Assembly (NCBI GenBank): GCA_964304625.1 | Contig: OZ199840.1 | Coordinates: 1,318,733-1,382,732 of the forward strand | Direction: 5' to 3' | DNA: 64,000 nt | DNA from: Kudoa neothunni | Taxonomy: Eukaryota; Animalia; Cnidaria | In this document: in pieces, positions 27,787 to 41,142 of the stretch | Layout: the number at the start of each line of letters is the position of its first letter | Numbering within the stretch: position 1 is the stretch's first letter | Notes under the pieces: generated by a model | Seen by the model: only the letters and a program-made list of their open reading frames with translations | Database searches by the model: none | Told to the model about the DNA's origin: nothing | Made by a program: the position numbers and the translations under genes

Positions 27787-28464
27787 TTACCCCTACAGCG
27801 GTCAAGTGTTTATTCTCCAAACCGAATTTTAATCCGATCACCAAATTTGAAATATTGCATTGAGTATTATATTGTTGGATTGGTTCACAGAAATTTTATT
27901 TTTAAATTTTTATTAGCCTTCTAAATAAAATGGGGTGTATTTCGACCCCACACATGTTATAAGGTCATTTTTGAAACATTAATGGTTAGATTAATTTGAT
28001 TTTGACTTTATGTAATCTTCTATATTATAGAGATTCTTATAAAAATGTTATAAAATATTCGTACTTTAATAATGAAACAAATTAAATCAAATACACCTTC
28101 TAAATAAAAATGGGATATAAATCGACCCCTGGGGTTTTTTTTGGTAAATTTGTAAGAAATCAAAAAAATATTTATATTTGAGGTTTAAGGAAGTTCAATC
28201 GATAAAATATTGACTAAATAACAATATATTAGTGACCACATTGTATTGCGCGTGCGCAATAATGAAACTATGAGTTCTTCTTCTGATTACTGCGATAGTT
28301 GCTCTGATTCTGATCTCGATGTTGAAAATTCACTTCCTATTAAAATCTCATCTGATACATCTGATGATGGCTTTGAATTGGCCATCGATTCTTTGCTTGA
28401 CAAAAATGGAACTTTGTAGTCAGTTAATAAACCTATAACTCAAGAACTGGATCAGAAAATATTT
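27787..28464 (+). mobile_element. 5' fragment of a second piggyBac-like element (truncated)
   Basis: TTAC-CCC-like start, repeated GGG..TCGACCCC subterminal motifs (~27932, ~28112), then an acidic Ser/Asp N-terminus MSSSSDYCDSCSDSDLD...LLDKNGTL* typical of piggyBac transposase N-termini. Confidence 0.45.
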
Positions 28465-30324
28465 TTAATAATCATCTTTTGTTATGCACTCGGAACAAAT
28501 AGTTCTCGAATGTTTGTTGCAACAGAATTGGGAACAGCTGTAACATTGATCCTTTGTTTTTGTATCGGACAGTCGAGCACATAAGCTACATCTTTTTTTC
28601 GTCATAGACTTCACGGTTCCATCAGTCGAAATCAGTATAGTTGAGTTGTTGATGGGCTGCATTAATGAGTGTGAAAGTTGTTCTAAGTAACTGCTTCCAC
28701 AAATATAAGGCTTATTAAATATCGTTTTAAATAGATAAAACGAATTGAGTAAACTTATATCGATCATATTATAAAAAACCACCATAGGCCGCCTTCTGGT
28801 GTATCTTTTAACTCTAGTCATGGATGGGATACGATCTACCGTATCCACACCTCCCTTAGTTTTGTTATAATCAGTGATAACCTGGGGCGTTTTTGTCTTA
28901 TCTTGGCATAAATTGACATTATTTGAGGGTGTAGCCAATGAAATGACCGCTTTGTCCCTCTTTGGAACATACGAAACCATCATTTTTTTCATGAAAAACG
29001 AATATAGAACTGAAAACCTCTCTCGATTTCCTAGCTTTAAGAATTAATGGAATGTCTCTTTTATTATGGCGGATAGTCCCCAGAAGGGTTAGGCCAAAGT
29101 TAAGAAGTTTGTTTGCCAACGGAACGATGGTAAAAAAATTGCCACAAACAATGTTTCTTCCGGATCCTTTTAAATGTGACGAGAGCTCTAAGGCGACCTT
29201 TTCACCGACACATTTGTTAATTTAGTTGTTGGTTCTTCCAAGATAAACGGAAATATTGTGTGTATAGTTGGTATGAGGGTCAGTTAAAAGAAAGAACTTA
29301 ATGTCATAAACTGCAGGTTTAGAGGGCATATACTGCCTAAAGGGACACCTGCCCCTAAATGCAACTAACTGTTCATCAACAATAAGATCAGCAGAAGGAA
29401 TTACACACATCGACAACACATTTTTCCAACTATTGAAAACATCGGTTACAGGGCAAAACTTATCATTTCCTTGTCTCATAATCATCAAAATGGATACTTC
29501 TATTTATTTGGGTGAATCTATATAATAACATAATTCTACGAAATATGTCACGCCCTTTATTCAAACTTCAAACTCCATAGCTGCTTAAGAGATTCCATTT
29601 TGGCCTTAAAGATTGACATATATATTAGAATTCGTATATATGATTTAAGTTCCACCATATTCAGATCTTTCCATTTTTTCCTGTAATGGAATGCACCAAA
29701 TTTGTTAGTTAGTGTGAATAATGACTGAATTGAAAAACTCATCATCCAAAAAAATAGAAAAACAGTCCTGTAAATTGCAAATTGGGGATGTTGCAAATGC
29801 TGTCAAACCTAGAGGTTTGTTTAAGATGTTTTCTTTTTTAACTTATGTATTCGAAGGTACAACTGATAACCATAGTCCATTGTTTTTATCCCTACACATG
29901 TCAGGGACACCATCATCATCATCATCATCATCCAAACTATCACAAATAGATGAAGAGAAATATTATTCGATAACATCTTCAATTCCACTGCAATCGGAGT
30001 CATCACTTGTTAGAAAACCATCATATAATTATTCCATTTCTAACGGCAGGTGGCAATCTGTATCACTCGGATAATGTCGGAAACATAAACCTTGATTTTT
30101 CTCATTATTTAGTGGGTGTAACCTTTTTAGAATATAATATTTTATTCTTTATAATTTTATAAACATTTCTATAAAATAAAAACGTGGGCCCCAAAACTGC
30201 GTGGCGTAAGTATTTGCTATAAAATCATAACAAACAAAAAATCATAATTTAAAAATTAAGTTATAAATATATAGAAACTTTTAAAAGAATTATGATTGGA
30301 CCCAAGAAATGCTTGGAGAGTTAA
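28465..30324 (-). mobile_element. piggyBac transposon copy A, pseudogenised transposase
   Basis: LIVDEQLVAFRGRCPFRQYMPSKP, NIVCGNFFT (catalytic D replaced by G), YNKTKGGVDTVD and C-terminal Cys-rich RCSLC..CYSC..CCNKH; frameshifts and stops; terminus TGCTTGGAGAG-TTAA at 30310-30324. Confidence 0.93.
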
Positions 30325-30953
30325 ATGGCATTTTATTTTTTTAAAATTATTATATTTATTATAATAAACGGAAAGTATCATAATTTTTATCATTTCAGAT
30401 TTTTACCTAAAAAGTGACTTCAGTTTTTAGATTTCGAAATAAAATCTGCATTGGATTCTATAAATTATATTAAAAAAATATTTTTTATTAAATAAATCCC
30501 ACAAAACCTTAGTTTCTAAATTTTTCCTTCGCAAATGCGTCATCTACAAATGTTGGCGCATTATTTTTATATTTTCAACAAATTTTAATAAATTTATATA
30601 CTTAATTTTTGTTTAACTAATGCGATTTTCTTAAGAGATATTAATAGACTATTATCTAATTGATAAAAGTAACAAAAAATAAAAACTATGTTGAAATATT
30701 TTTGTTATTTTTTCAATATAAGGTAAAAAAGTGATTTAACGATAATTTGTATGGTGTTTATTACATTATTAATTAAAATTATTGTTTTTTAGAATTTAAT
30801 AATTTAAAAACGAAGAAATCGAAAAATCCATCATACCATAAAACAAATTACGAAATATGGTTCAAAAATACGCAAAAAGATTATAAATTCTTATTAATTA
30901 GTACCAAGCTGGAGCTGTCAAGAGTTAAGCAACACCTAAGTGGAAAGATCAGA

Positions 30954-31475
30954 ATGTTGCGCGAGCAGCTAAACGTTGGATTTCAAATTCTCTTGGTGAG
31001 GATGTTTTCCATTTGCTCATTATTTACCTTAAAGCTGCAGCAGCTTTCTCTTAATAAAGGTAACAAAAATTAATTCATTTTTTTAAATTTTATTACAGGA
31101 TCAATTTTTGCACGAAACAACTTGGCTGCAACTTCCGTTAGAAATTGCTATTGTTTCAAAGTGAAAAATCGTCAATATAAGAAGGGGAAATTACGAAATA
31201 TGAGAATAAGACAACTGATTCAAAAACATAAGGAAGTTAGAGACCCGTTGGTTCAAATCTACCGATTTCCAGACCTTCCACAGGTGGTTCGTGAAACTGC
31301 TCACAAAGAAATTATAGCTATGGGTCCAAATTCGTCGAAAATAAGCGCACGCTCCATGTGTACAATATTGAATAGAGCTAGAGGACGAGTTTTACCCTTT
31401 CGTGTTAATCGAATGGTTTTTCGATATTATGCGGACCGCGGTCAGCTAGCTGGAGTTTCCAGAGCAAAATTTTGA
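30954..31475 (+). CDS. MRPS14: Mitochondrial ribosomal protein uS14m (two short 5' introns)
   Basis: C-terminal S14 signature RSMCTILNRARG...RVNRMVFRYYADRGQLAGVSRAKF; upstream exons give MLREQLNVGFQILL-LQQLSLNKG. Confidence 0.92.
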
Positions 31476-32188
31476 ATTTTATACATATATATTTTATGAT
31501 TTGTCATTTTTTCTTTCATTTTGCAAATTAAGTTCATGCTAAAAATTATTTGTAAGAATTTATGCGCTTCAATCCACGTATACAATTAGGGGCGCAATCC
31601 ATTGTCCCATCGATAACGACACTAAAAATATTTTATGGTGCAATAGACAATCACTTGGCGGCGTGTTTCGCAGATAAATATAATAAGGGTGTGGTCACAT
31701 AATCAGTATTAAACCCAGATAGCAATCTTAACGAGCTATGATACCCATATGTTATCTGAATGCTTGATTTGATGGCAGAACATAAAACAACGAATAAAAT
31801 ATCATCTGGATAGATATGAAATTGTTTCCCACAAGTGTTAATTTAGAATTTCAATTGGTTGATAATATTGTTCAATTGAACAATGTATGAAGGAGATTAT
31901 TATTGATTGAGGTGGTATTTTTGGAAAATATTAGATAATATAATTGTCTGTAAAATTTAAGATATGTATATTTTTCCTGAATTAACGTGATATTTTTCTC
32001 TACATTGTATGGTGAGTTTATTACTGAAATTAATATTTTGGTCTGATTAATATCTTGGTGGTATAAATTGTCTAACGTAAACATATTAAAATTAATTGTT
32101 CGCGTACGCATAAATAGATAAAAAATATTGAACTTCCCTGGGGCTCTAGCAAAATAGCCAATCTATTTTGACAAGAATAAATTCTGAA

Positions 32189-33331
32189 ATGGACTCAATA
32201 AATAAAATTGCGCCCAACAATAAAAGTGGAAACCCATCCGACCCTCCACCGCATTCAATCCAACAATGGAAACCAGATTCTAGAGATTCCGGTTATTCAA
32301 TGCAAGGTAAAATGTTTTCGACTCCAACTCCAACACATCAAAAATGTGTTGATCCAAAATTAGGTAATCTAAGCACCACTAATTCTATAGATGATCCCCC
32401 AATAAATTTTGAGTATGTAAAAAGTATGAAAAACCATTTCGAAAGTGTGTCACATTTGCCATCACCTTCATCTGCTAATTGTTCGCATAACTCAAAAACA
32501 GATTTGGAGCAAAACTTAGACAAACCTGAAACGGTTGATTCCAACGATTTAGTATTAAATCCAAAATTCAACGAGGTTGCAGATCGAACGAGAAGTATTT
32601 CCATTCAAGTTAGTAAACCTCCTATTCAGTTGGCTCCCAATTCTTCACCAAATAATCTCAAAAATGATCATAATGCGACATCTGATAATGATAAAATTGT
32701 ATTCCAACATGGACGCAAGTTCTCTTCTAGTCCAAGTTCGATAAAAAATGTCAATCTGTACAGCGAGCTATTAACAGATCCAAAAATTGAACCCAAACCT
32801 GCCTCAGCAAGCCCAAGTAGCATGGTTGATAGCCGTTCTCAACCAAGTAGTATATTCCGCCAAAGTTTGGACAGCGACGAACAAAGTGCTCCAACAATTT
32901 TGGTACGACGTGAAAGGTATCGCCAACACAAATACGACCTGCACTCCAGTAATGGCGCGAAGACATTCTCTAAAGGAGTTATTGGAAACTCCGTGGTGAT
33001 GGTCGATTATCATCCTCTGTCCTCCAGTTTCAATATTGACAATTATCTCAAGGAGAATATAATCACCGAAGTTAGTTTCTCCAAAGATGATCTAAATTGC
33101 TGCACTTCCAGTTCCAACACCAACAGCACATACACATTCCTTGCCAAAAAAAGTTACAGCGAAGCTATCACTACACCCAAAAAACGAGCATCAACCGTGC
33201 GAATTTCGAGACCTACGACACATTCCACTATACCGAAACAGAAACCTCCTAAATGCACAAACCGGTTTGTAAACTTCTTTCGAAGCATTTTCACTAGCTG
33301 TTTATCTCACAACAGCTCACCAGACTGTTAA
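32189..33331 (+). CDS. Intronless orphan protein, ~380 aa, Ser/Pro/Asn-rich and probably disordered, C-terminal FVNFFRSIFTSCL amphipathic segment
   Basis: 1.14-kb uninterrupted ORF in very AT-rich DNA with elevated GC; ATG at 32189; no recognised domain. Confidence 0.75.
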   Translation: MDSINKIAPNNKSGNPSDPPPHSIQQWKPDSRDSGYSMQGKMFSTPTPTHQKCVDPKLGNLSTTNSIDDPPINFEYVKSMKNHFESVSHLPSPSSANCSHNSKTDLEQNLDKPETVDSNDLVLNPKFNEVADRTRSISIQVSKPPIQLAPNSSPNNLKNDHNATSDNDKIVFQHGRKFSSSPSSIKNVNLYSELLTDPKIEPKPASASPSSMVDSRSQPSSIFRQSLDSDEQSAPTILVRRERYRQHKYDLHSSNGAKTFSKGVIGNSVVMVDYHPLSSSFNIDNYLKENIITEVSFSKDDLNCCTSSSNTNSTYTFLAKKSYSEAITTPKKRASTVRISRPTTHSTIPKQKPPKCTNRFVNFFRSIFTSCLSHNSSPDC

Positions 33332-33563
33332 TATTAGTATATGAACTGTTTTATTTATCATTTTTCTTTGTATGTTTGATAATAATGCGTTCGAAACTAT
33401 ACAATTTATTAACCCAGTTGTGCACAATGTTAATTTAAATTATTTAAAATGAACATAGAAAAATTTCATCCGCATATCTTTTTATTTTCAATATTTTCTC
33501 CAAAATATTTTTAAACGTTATAATGATTTTTATCTATATAAAATCTGACTCAAAATAATATTA

Positions 33564-35823
33564 TTAACCCTCCAAGCATGTCAACAACGAGTATACATCC
33601 ACCAAGCAGTCTTGGGGCTCAGGAGGACCCCAGATTTTTATTGCTTATATTGATAAATAATATTATGAAATATATTTATGATCTTTAACAAAGATTTTTA
33701 CCATCCCGATAACGAAATAATCATAATTTACTTGTGAACCGATGGCGGTTGAAGTTAGCCGATGATTTATTTATATATTTCAGTTAGTTAAACATTAATA
33801 AAATTATAATAATATCCGAAATTACATATGATCCCCTGTAACAACATGAATCTGATTTTATTGATTCTAAGGATTATTCAATGACATTTTTCAAAATGAT
33901 ATAAAAAACAATATTAATAAATTAGTATTCTTAAAAACATTAAAAAAGTTGGACATATATAAACCAATCATATATAATAAAATACGTAATAATAATTAAT
34001 ATATTCCTTAACTAAGCTAAATAAAGTCTCAAAACTAATAATGAAAAATATAATATGTAAGTAAATAAATTTTAATGGTTATTTCTTGTTGCAAATTCGT
34101 AATAAATAATTCTCAAATGTTTGTTGCAATGATCTTTGGAAAAATGATAACATTTGTCCTTTATTTTTATATAGATGAACCGAGCACATAAATTACATCT
34201 TTTTATTGTAGACTTCGCTAATGAATCTGCCGGCGGTTCTAAATAACTGCTTCTACGAACATTAGGTTGATTTTATATGAATAAAACTTATTGAAAAACA
34301 TCATCATAATCCATTGTCTAGTATGTGTTTTTACGCTGGTCCTGGGCGGGATACTATCCACCATATCCACACACGTTTGGTTTTGCTATAATCGACGATA
34401 CTTTGGGGGTTTTTCTGATCTTGGCAAAAATTAAAATTGTTTGAGGACGTAGCAAATTAAACGGACGCGTTGTTCTTTTTAAGAAACCTGAATTAAAAAC
34501 CTTTCTCTATTTCCTAACTTTAAAAATTAATGAGATATTCCGATTATTATGCCGGATTCTCTCCAGAATGATTAAACCCAGGTTAGGAATTTTTGTTATC
34601 CAGCGGAACCGAAATGAAAAAGTTATCGCAAAAAATGTTTCTTCCAACCTTTCACCAATACATTTAGTAATCTGGTCATTGTTCCCTCGAGATAAACGAA
34701 AATATTACGTTTATAATTGGTATGAGGGTCAGTTAAAAGAAAAAATTTAATACCATAAACCACAGGTTTAGAGGGAATATACTGCTTAAAGGGACACTTG
34801 TCTCTCAATGAAACTAACTGTTCATCAATAGTGTGATCAGCAGGAGGAATTACCCACATCGGCAAAATGCTTTTCCAACTGTTTTTTATATCGGTTATAG
34901 GGAAAAACTTATAGATTTCTCATCGCAAACTCTTGTCTCACAGTCATCAAAGTGAATATTTCCGTTTATTTGGGTGAAACTATAAAGCAGCAATATTCTA
35001 CGGAGTATATCATGTCCTTTATTCTAGCTCCACAATTGCTTAAGGGACTCCATTTTAGATTTTAAGCTTGGCATATATACCAGAATTCCTATACATGCTT
35101 CAAACTCAATTATATTTAGACTTTTCCATTTTATTCCGTAATTAAAAACATTAAATTTATTATTGTGAGTAATGGCAGAATCGAAAAATTCATCATCAAA
35201 CAAAATAGAAAAACTATCCTATAAATTTCAAATTCTGGATGTTTGTTTAAGATATTTTCTTCTTCGATATTTGTATTTGAAGACACAACTGAAGACCGTA
35301 GCACAATGATTTTTCCCCTATACTTATCGGTGACTCCATTAACATCTGAACTACCACAGCTAGCTGAAGAAAAGCGTTATTTGGTGATAACTTTAATTTA
35401 ATTCAATTCAAATGCAATCAAAGTCATCGTTTATTAGAAACCCATCACACAATTCTTATATTCCCATAAGTCGGTGGTTACCGGCTTTGTTCGAGCCAAC
35501 CCAGGAACATAAAGCTCTATTTTTCTCAATATCTAATTCATGTACGAATTTGAAATTAGAATATTTTATATTTTACAATTTTTTTGATTTTATTTTTGAA
35601 TAAAAAATCTGGGGTCCAGGGGGACCCCAAAACTGCTTGTTGTAAGTAATCGGTATAAAATCATAACTACAAAAAATTTCTTAATTTTAAAATTAAATGA
35701 TAAATATATAGAAATTTTTAAAGAATAACGATTAGATAAAACCTATTTAACGTTTTCAGTGAGCAGTAAATTGAGATGAAATTCGGCCTGGACCCACCAA
35801 AATGCGTGTAGTTGTAGTGTTAA
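33564..35823 (-). mobile_element. piggyBac transposon copy B (same family as copy A), heavily decayed
   Basis: HTIDEQLVSLRDKCPFKQYIPSKP...GIKFFLLTDPHTNY aligns to copy A; left end TTAA-CCCTCCAAGCA is the near-exact inverted complement of copy A's terminus; subterminal GGGG..GACCCC motifs at both ends. Confidence 0.9.
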
Positions 35824-36533
35824 ATAATCCCATTAGAATACTCAACAAAAACTGGAAATAACGTTATTTCGTATTTTGTAGTTTACTTACAAGGATAAAT
35901 TTTATAAATTGAATAAAATATAATTTGTCGTAATTCAAAAATTTTCGCGCATATATTTTAAGAGTTAATTTTTAATTTAAACAAGTTATAAAAAAAATAT
36001 TGTTTTGTATTGTCGAATAAAGCATTATTTATAATTATAATACATATCTAATTCAAATAAAAAAATATATGTACTATAACTTATTCTTTTTTATCCTCTT
36101 TTAGAAACTTCAGCCTTAATATATTTATATACGGAATAATTTTGAAAATGAGAAGTTTACACCAAAATTGGCGCGCAGGCACAAAAAAATGATCGATGTA
36201 AGCATAATGATTATACTAAGTGTTTGTTTACAATCCTGAATCAAGACACACTTTGAATGCATTTTAAAGATATCGTAGAATTACTAAATCATTATATTAG
36301 GTATGAGTAGGGTTTTTATTTAATTTTCATTTTTACCTATAATTTATAATTTGGTGATAGTGACTGACAACAATTATTTTGAGCATAATAATTTTTTAAA
36401 TCGTTATAACTAATCATTCTCAAGTAAAATATATTATCTCTATAACGCAACAAAAAATATAGATACGGAAGAATTAAAGTCTAACTTTATCGCGCGAATA
36501 AATTACACGAAGTTATTAAAACAAATATAAAAA

Positions 36534-38204
36534 TTAGGGATTGTCTGTGTGATAGGAAGAGGAATGGACACAGCTTTTTATTCGTCTACATTAGAAATAT
36601 ATTAGTTAGTATCAATGAAGTACAAAACAACATTGACGTACCGTATTCTCTTGTCGATACTTTTCTGCAATTCTTCCAGCGATAATGCATCTATTTGGGT
36701 TATTTTGGTGGAGGAATTTGAGGAATTCGAGAAATTGGATTCGACATTAGATTCATTTAATGGCGAATCTGAATTAGAATCTAATAATAGAGAATTTTGA
36801 AGGGTGCAATTACTCTCCACATATTTTGATGGGTTGTTCACATTGAAAGAAAAGTCAGCCGTTTGATTTTGAAAAAAGTGAGTGTTTTTTTGATTTTGGC
36901 ACAGTGCTTGCTGATTTCACGTATTGCAGATGTCTATGCCATAATATCTGCCCATACGTGCACACACATATAGGCACTAGAAATTCGGGAGACAGTTTCA
37001 ACTCTTTCACGGTTATCTCACCAAATTCGATGCATAATTTGGGATCACATGCATCCACGATATTCCACTCGAATTGATCTTGAAACCTTGTGGTGCCAAT
37101 AGTCACATCAAGCTACACTCAACGGAAGTGATCAGTTGTCAAGCCTGCAAAAAGTGTTACACTTATTGTAGCCAATGGGTTGGAAATGGATTTTTTAAAG
37201 ATATCAATTTGGCGACAGTCATCCTGATATCTTTCGACTTGAGCTTTGATTGACTGTACTATTGCCAGCCCAAAAATATCCACCGGTAGGTCATAATCAT
37301 CACATAACAACTCCGAAAACGTATAATAATCCAACAAAAACTCGGCTACAATGAAATCTTAGAATTTCTCTATTTCCAACCATGACTACTTGTCCTATTC
37401 CAAAAGAACACATCATTCAACACATACGGCTCTACAGCTATGTATAGTCGTATAGGAATTAGTTCATCTTTTATTGTGTCTAATGCGAGTGATAGATTTT
37501 TAGAATATTTCCAATCCAAACTAACATTTAATACAAATCAACCACTCAACAAAAGCAGGAATGGAATCGATTCAACTCACTAGATGGATGAACATTTAAA
37601 CTTTTTCTTGGATAACGAAACTTTTTTCGCTATTGTCAAATTGCACACCGGTAACGAAAATATATTGAAATCATTCAACATTAGCGGTGAACTCTCGTCA
37701 ATGTCAACATGGATAATCGTGGAAGTCCAACAACAACTTGAATTCAATTTCAAATTCAATTGTGAATCACGCAATTGTTTGGCCTCCATTTTCTCTTAAT
37801 ACACCACCATTTCAACACACTCACTCTCCAACAACATATACCAATCAATGAAGTGAATGTTGCTCGATATTCTTTGTCGTTCCCCATTACAATATTCGCT
37901 ATATCTGCTGACTTGACCAATGTGACGTTGGTCGCCACTTTTATTTTTGGGATCATCAATAAATGAATAAATCCGTTTACGCTCTTCAGCACTCGCTACG
38001 CGCCTCCATAATTTCGGGAAATTATTTTGTATATTGCGCCACGAAACAAGCCCATATAAGCTCCCGCCTCACTCCCCATCATATAATACTCATTTGAATC
38101 GTCGTCAAGAGTGAATTGATGTGGTTTTGAACCTGTGGAAAGTTGTGGTAAATCCATGTATGTATAATTCTACGTGGGGATGCGTACGCATTACATGCGA
38201 CCAT
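36534..38204 (-). CDS. SMARCB1: SWI/SNF subunit SNF5/SMARCB1 (three apparent 1-nt frameshifts in exon 2)
   Basis: KPHQFTLDDD..YMMGSEAGAYMGLFRGAIYK..FPKLWRRVASAEERK, ATNVTLVKS..GNDKEYRA, repeat 1 ELIPIRL..LNDVFFWN..FSELLCDDYDLP..AIVQSIKAQ, repeat 2 IGTTRFQDQFEWNI..ELKLSPEFLVPI..GQILWH. Confidence 0.93.
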
Positions 38205-38229
38205 ATTTGTGGATTGTATACTGGTAGGG

Positions 38230-38899
38230 ATGCCACTCCAAAATTTAACTGTAAATGATCTACTAATAAACCTTAAGCAGAAATCGTTCAATATCATGGT
38301 GACTGGAACACCAGGAGTTGGAAAATCAAAGTTGGGTTCATATTTGGCAGATCGTTTAAACAAAACACATTTGGATATCTCCAAAATATCAGTTGAGAGC
38401 CATCTCACATCAGGATATGATAAAAAATTAGAGTCGCATTTTATTGATGAAGATATGGTGAGATTTGTTGCGATTTTTTACGTTCGTCTAGCAATCGGCG
38501 TTAATTAGGTCAACGACCACATTGAGCGCCTCTTTTTAAGTCCCTCTGATAATTCGAACGGCCTCGTCATTGATTATCATGGAGTAGACTTTTATGATCA
38601 TCCCGAACTCATAACTGCTATTGTTGTTGTCACCGCGAATACTTCTAATCTCAAACAACGTTATATCGAAAGGTTTTTTATTAAGTTATGCACATTTTTA
38701 AGTATTATTTCTTTTTAGGGGTTACAACGATGAAAAGATTAAAAATAACATCGAATGTGAGCTATTCAGAATGCTTTTTGAGGAATCTTTCGAATACATA
38801 CAAGATGAAAAGAAAATATTAGAATTCCCTAGCAATAACGAAGCGGAATTTGAGGAGAGTTTCGTGCGGTTGTTAGAACAATTGTACAATTTGGTTTAG
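38230..38899 (+). CDS. AK6: Adenylate kinase 6 / Fap7 / hCINAP
   Basis: P-loop NIMVTGTPGVGKS, GYDKKLESHFIDED, VIDYHG (hhh-D-x-H motif), RGYNDEKIKNNIECELF; introns ~38458-38508 and ~38673-38718; alternative start at 38297. Confidence 0.94.
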
Positions 38900-39704
38900 A
38901 TTTTTATTTTTAAAATTTTTCGTTTTATTGACGATAATTTAAAAATATTTGTCGAAATTAGATAAATTTATTAAGGTGGATAATTATATTATTTTTTTGC
39001 CTTGTTTTATTTGGTACAATACTTGTTTTTAAGGAGAATTAAATACTTGAGGATGAAATTAGAGAAAATTAAGGTGATTCATGGAGTTATAAGACTTCTA
39101 ATTTAATGAAAATGGGTTGGTAAGAAAATGAAAAGGTATAACTTAAAGTTTACAAGAATGATATGCGTGAGGGCTTGATTTTAATAATAGTAAAGTTTTT
39201 TTTATGCTATATAAAGTGGAATTTTCTGTTGTAGGTCGTTAAGGAGATTTTGATTCTGGCTTCTTTAAAGGAGAGATGTTAATTCCTGTAATTTTGTTAA
39301 ATTGTTGATGTCAAATGTATTTGTGAGGTAAATTTTTCTGGTCATTTGAAGTCGAATAAGTAATTTTTTAATACTTGGATTGGGATTATTATAATAATGC
39401 AAACAATAAGTATACCTATAACTAACTAAATCATATTTTTTTTATTTGAAGCTTAGACGTCATAAAAGTAAGATTCAATCGATGTGGTTATTTCTTTTCA
39501 AAGAATACATTAAAATATAATTTTATTAGAAATAATCGGTCAAAAATTAATTAACTCCATGATTTGTTATTATTTTTGTTAATTTTGAATTTATTATAGA
39601 AAGGTGATGTAAGGATGCTCAAGGTTGAACTATTTTGAATTTTAATGAAATAATTACGTAAATGCTATTTGAATTGAAATTCATTATAAAATTCTAGTTT
39701 AATC

Positions 39705-40279
39705 CAGTGGTTCTCCAAATTTTTTTGCAATGGAACTCTTTTAGATTATTTGTAATATAAAAAAACCCTATTTAAATTAACTCCTTCAGGTTAGTTCAAC
39801 AAATCTTAATGGGTTAATTTTTATTATAATAAAAAAATATTTTATTTGTAACACAACTATCGAAATTGGAATAGCATATACATATTATGATAAAGACGAT
39901 GTATTAAAACACACAGTATATTGGAACATATTCCACGTTTTTTCAACTGATTCTTTCAGGTCATTCATTTTAAGTTCACCACTTTTAGTGTATTCATTTT
40001 ATGATATTGTTGTACTTATTCTTTTCAACCGAGATTCATTGTAAGACTTTAAAAATAGTCAAAATAATTTGTTGAGTAGAATAAATAATTATGTTTACAA
40101 CAAAGCAGGTAAGTCTTCCCGCAGGTGCGTGGATGCGTAGCTAACCGACAAAAACTAACTATCACTAGTGCTGTCAACTTTAGCTATGATTAAATATTGT
40201 TTTCATTGTATCTTTGTGGATCCCTGTCCTTGCCTCTTGAGACCCAAAAATTCCGCAGAACCCATTTTGAGAACCGCTG
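39705..40279. mobile_element. hAT (Charlie-like) MITE, 575 bp
   Basis: TIRs CAGTGGTTCTCCAAA / TTTGAGAACCGCTG and perfect 8-bp TSD GTTTAATC (39697-39704 and 40280-40287). Confidence 0.92.
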
Positions 40280-41142
40280 GTTTAATCTAATTTTTTTATA
40301 TGGTCCGATGAATATAATTTACCGATTTGTTATTTACTATACATTGATAGAGATTATTTTTGTAGTTGGCGAAGAAAATTTTATGCCCTACTTAATAAGA
40401 TATTAAGAAGTAATAAATATAGAAGCACAAAAAATAAATAATGTAACAAAATATTACGATTGTTGGTTATGACAAATATAAGTAAATAAGAACATTTAAA
40501 GCAATTATAATAAATTCTTTTCGATAATTAATACGAGTTATTGCATTAATATGTAGTTTTATGTGCTTAAATCCTACATAGAAAAAATATAGATGACCAT
40601 TTATAATGAAAAATTATTATCATTAGCAGTTATAATATCTTCGTTTTAAGGATACAAATTTTGGGGGAATTTCTTTGAGAAAAATATAAAAAAAATAATG
40701 TAAATAAGAGAGATAAAATATTAATGTTATTGTAGACATTGTATATATTGATTTATGTAAATATAGAATTTTAATAGATTAAGATGCAAAAGAATAGTTT
40801 GATTAGTGCAGCTGTTCATGGTGAACTAATTGATTATGCTACGAAAAATGACGATTCTCTTGTGAAATTAATATAAAATTAAAACTTTGCTATATTTATG
40901 ATAAAATATTGTATAGTTAATGAAACTAGTTAAGGGAATAAGTTCATTTTATGTTGATAATTATTTGAATTCTATCACACGCGTATTGACAAAAGTTGTT
41001 CACTAAATATATTATTACATTAACCACATTTATTAATAAATGTAGTAAAAATAATGCACAGTTTATCAGATAAAAACCAGTAAAATTAAATTAATTTAAA
41101 AATAACTTAATCGGCTAACAATTATGACCCCAGTAAAATAGA

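Noticed and set aside
32338-33013. Antisense and alternative-frame ORFs within the orphan gene
   Set aside because: Short shadows of a GC-richer coding strand.
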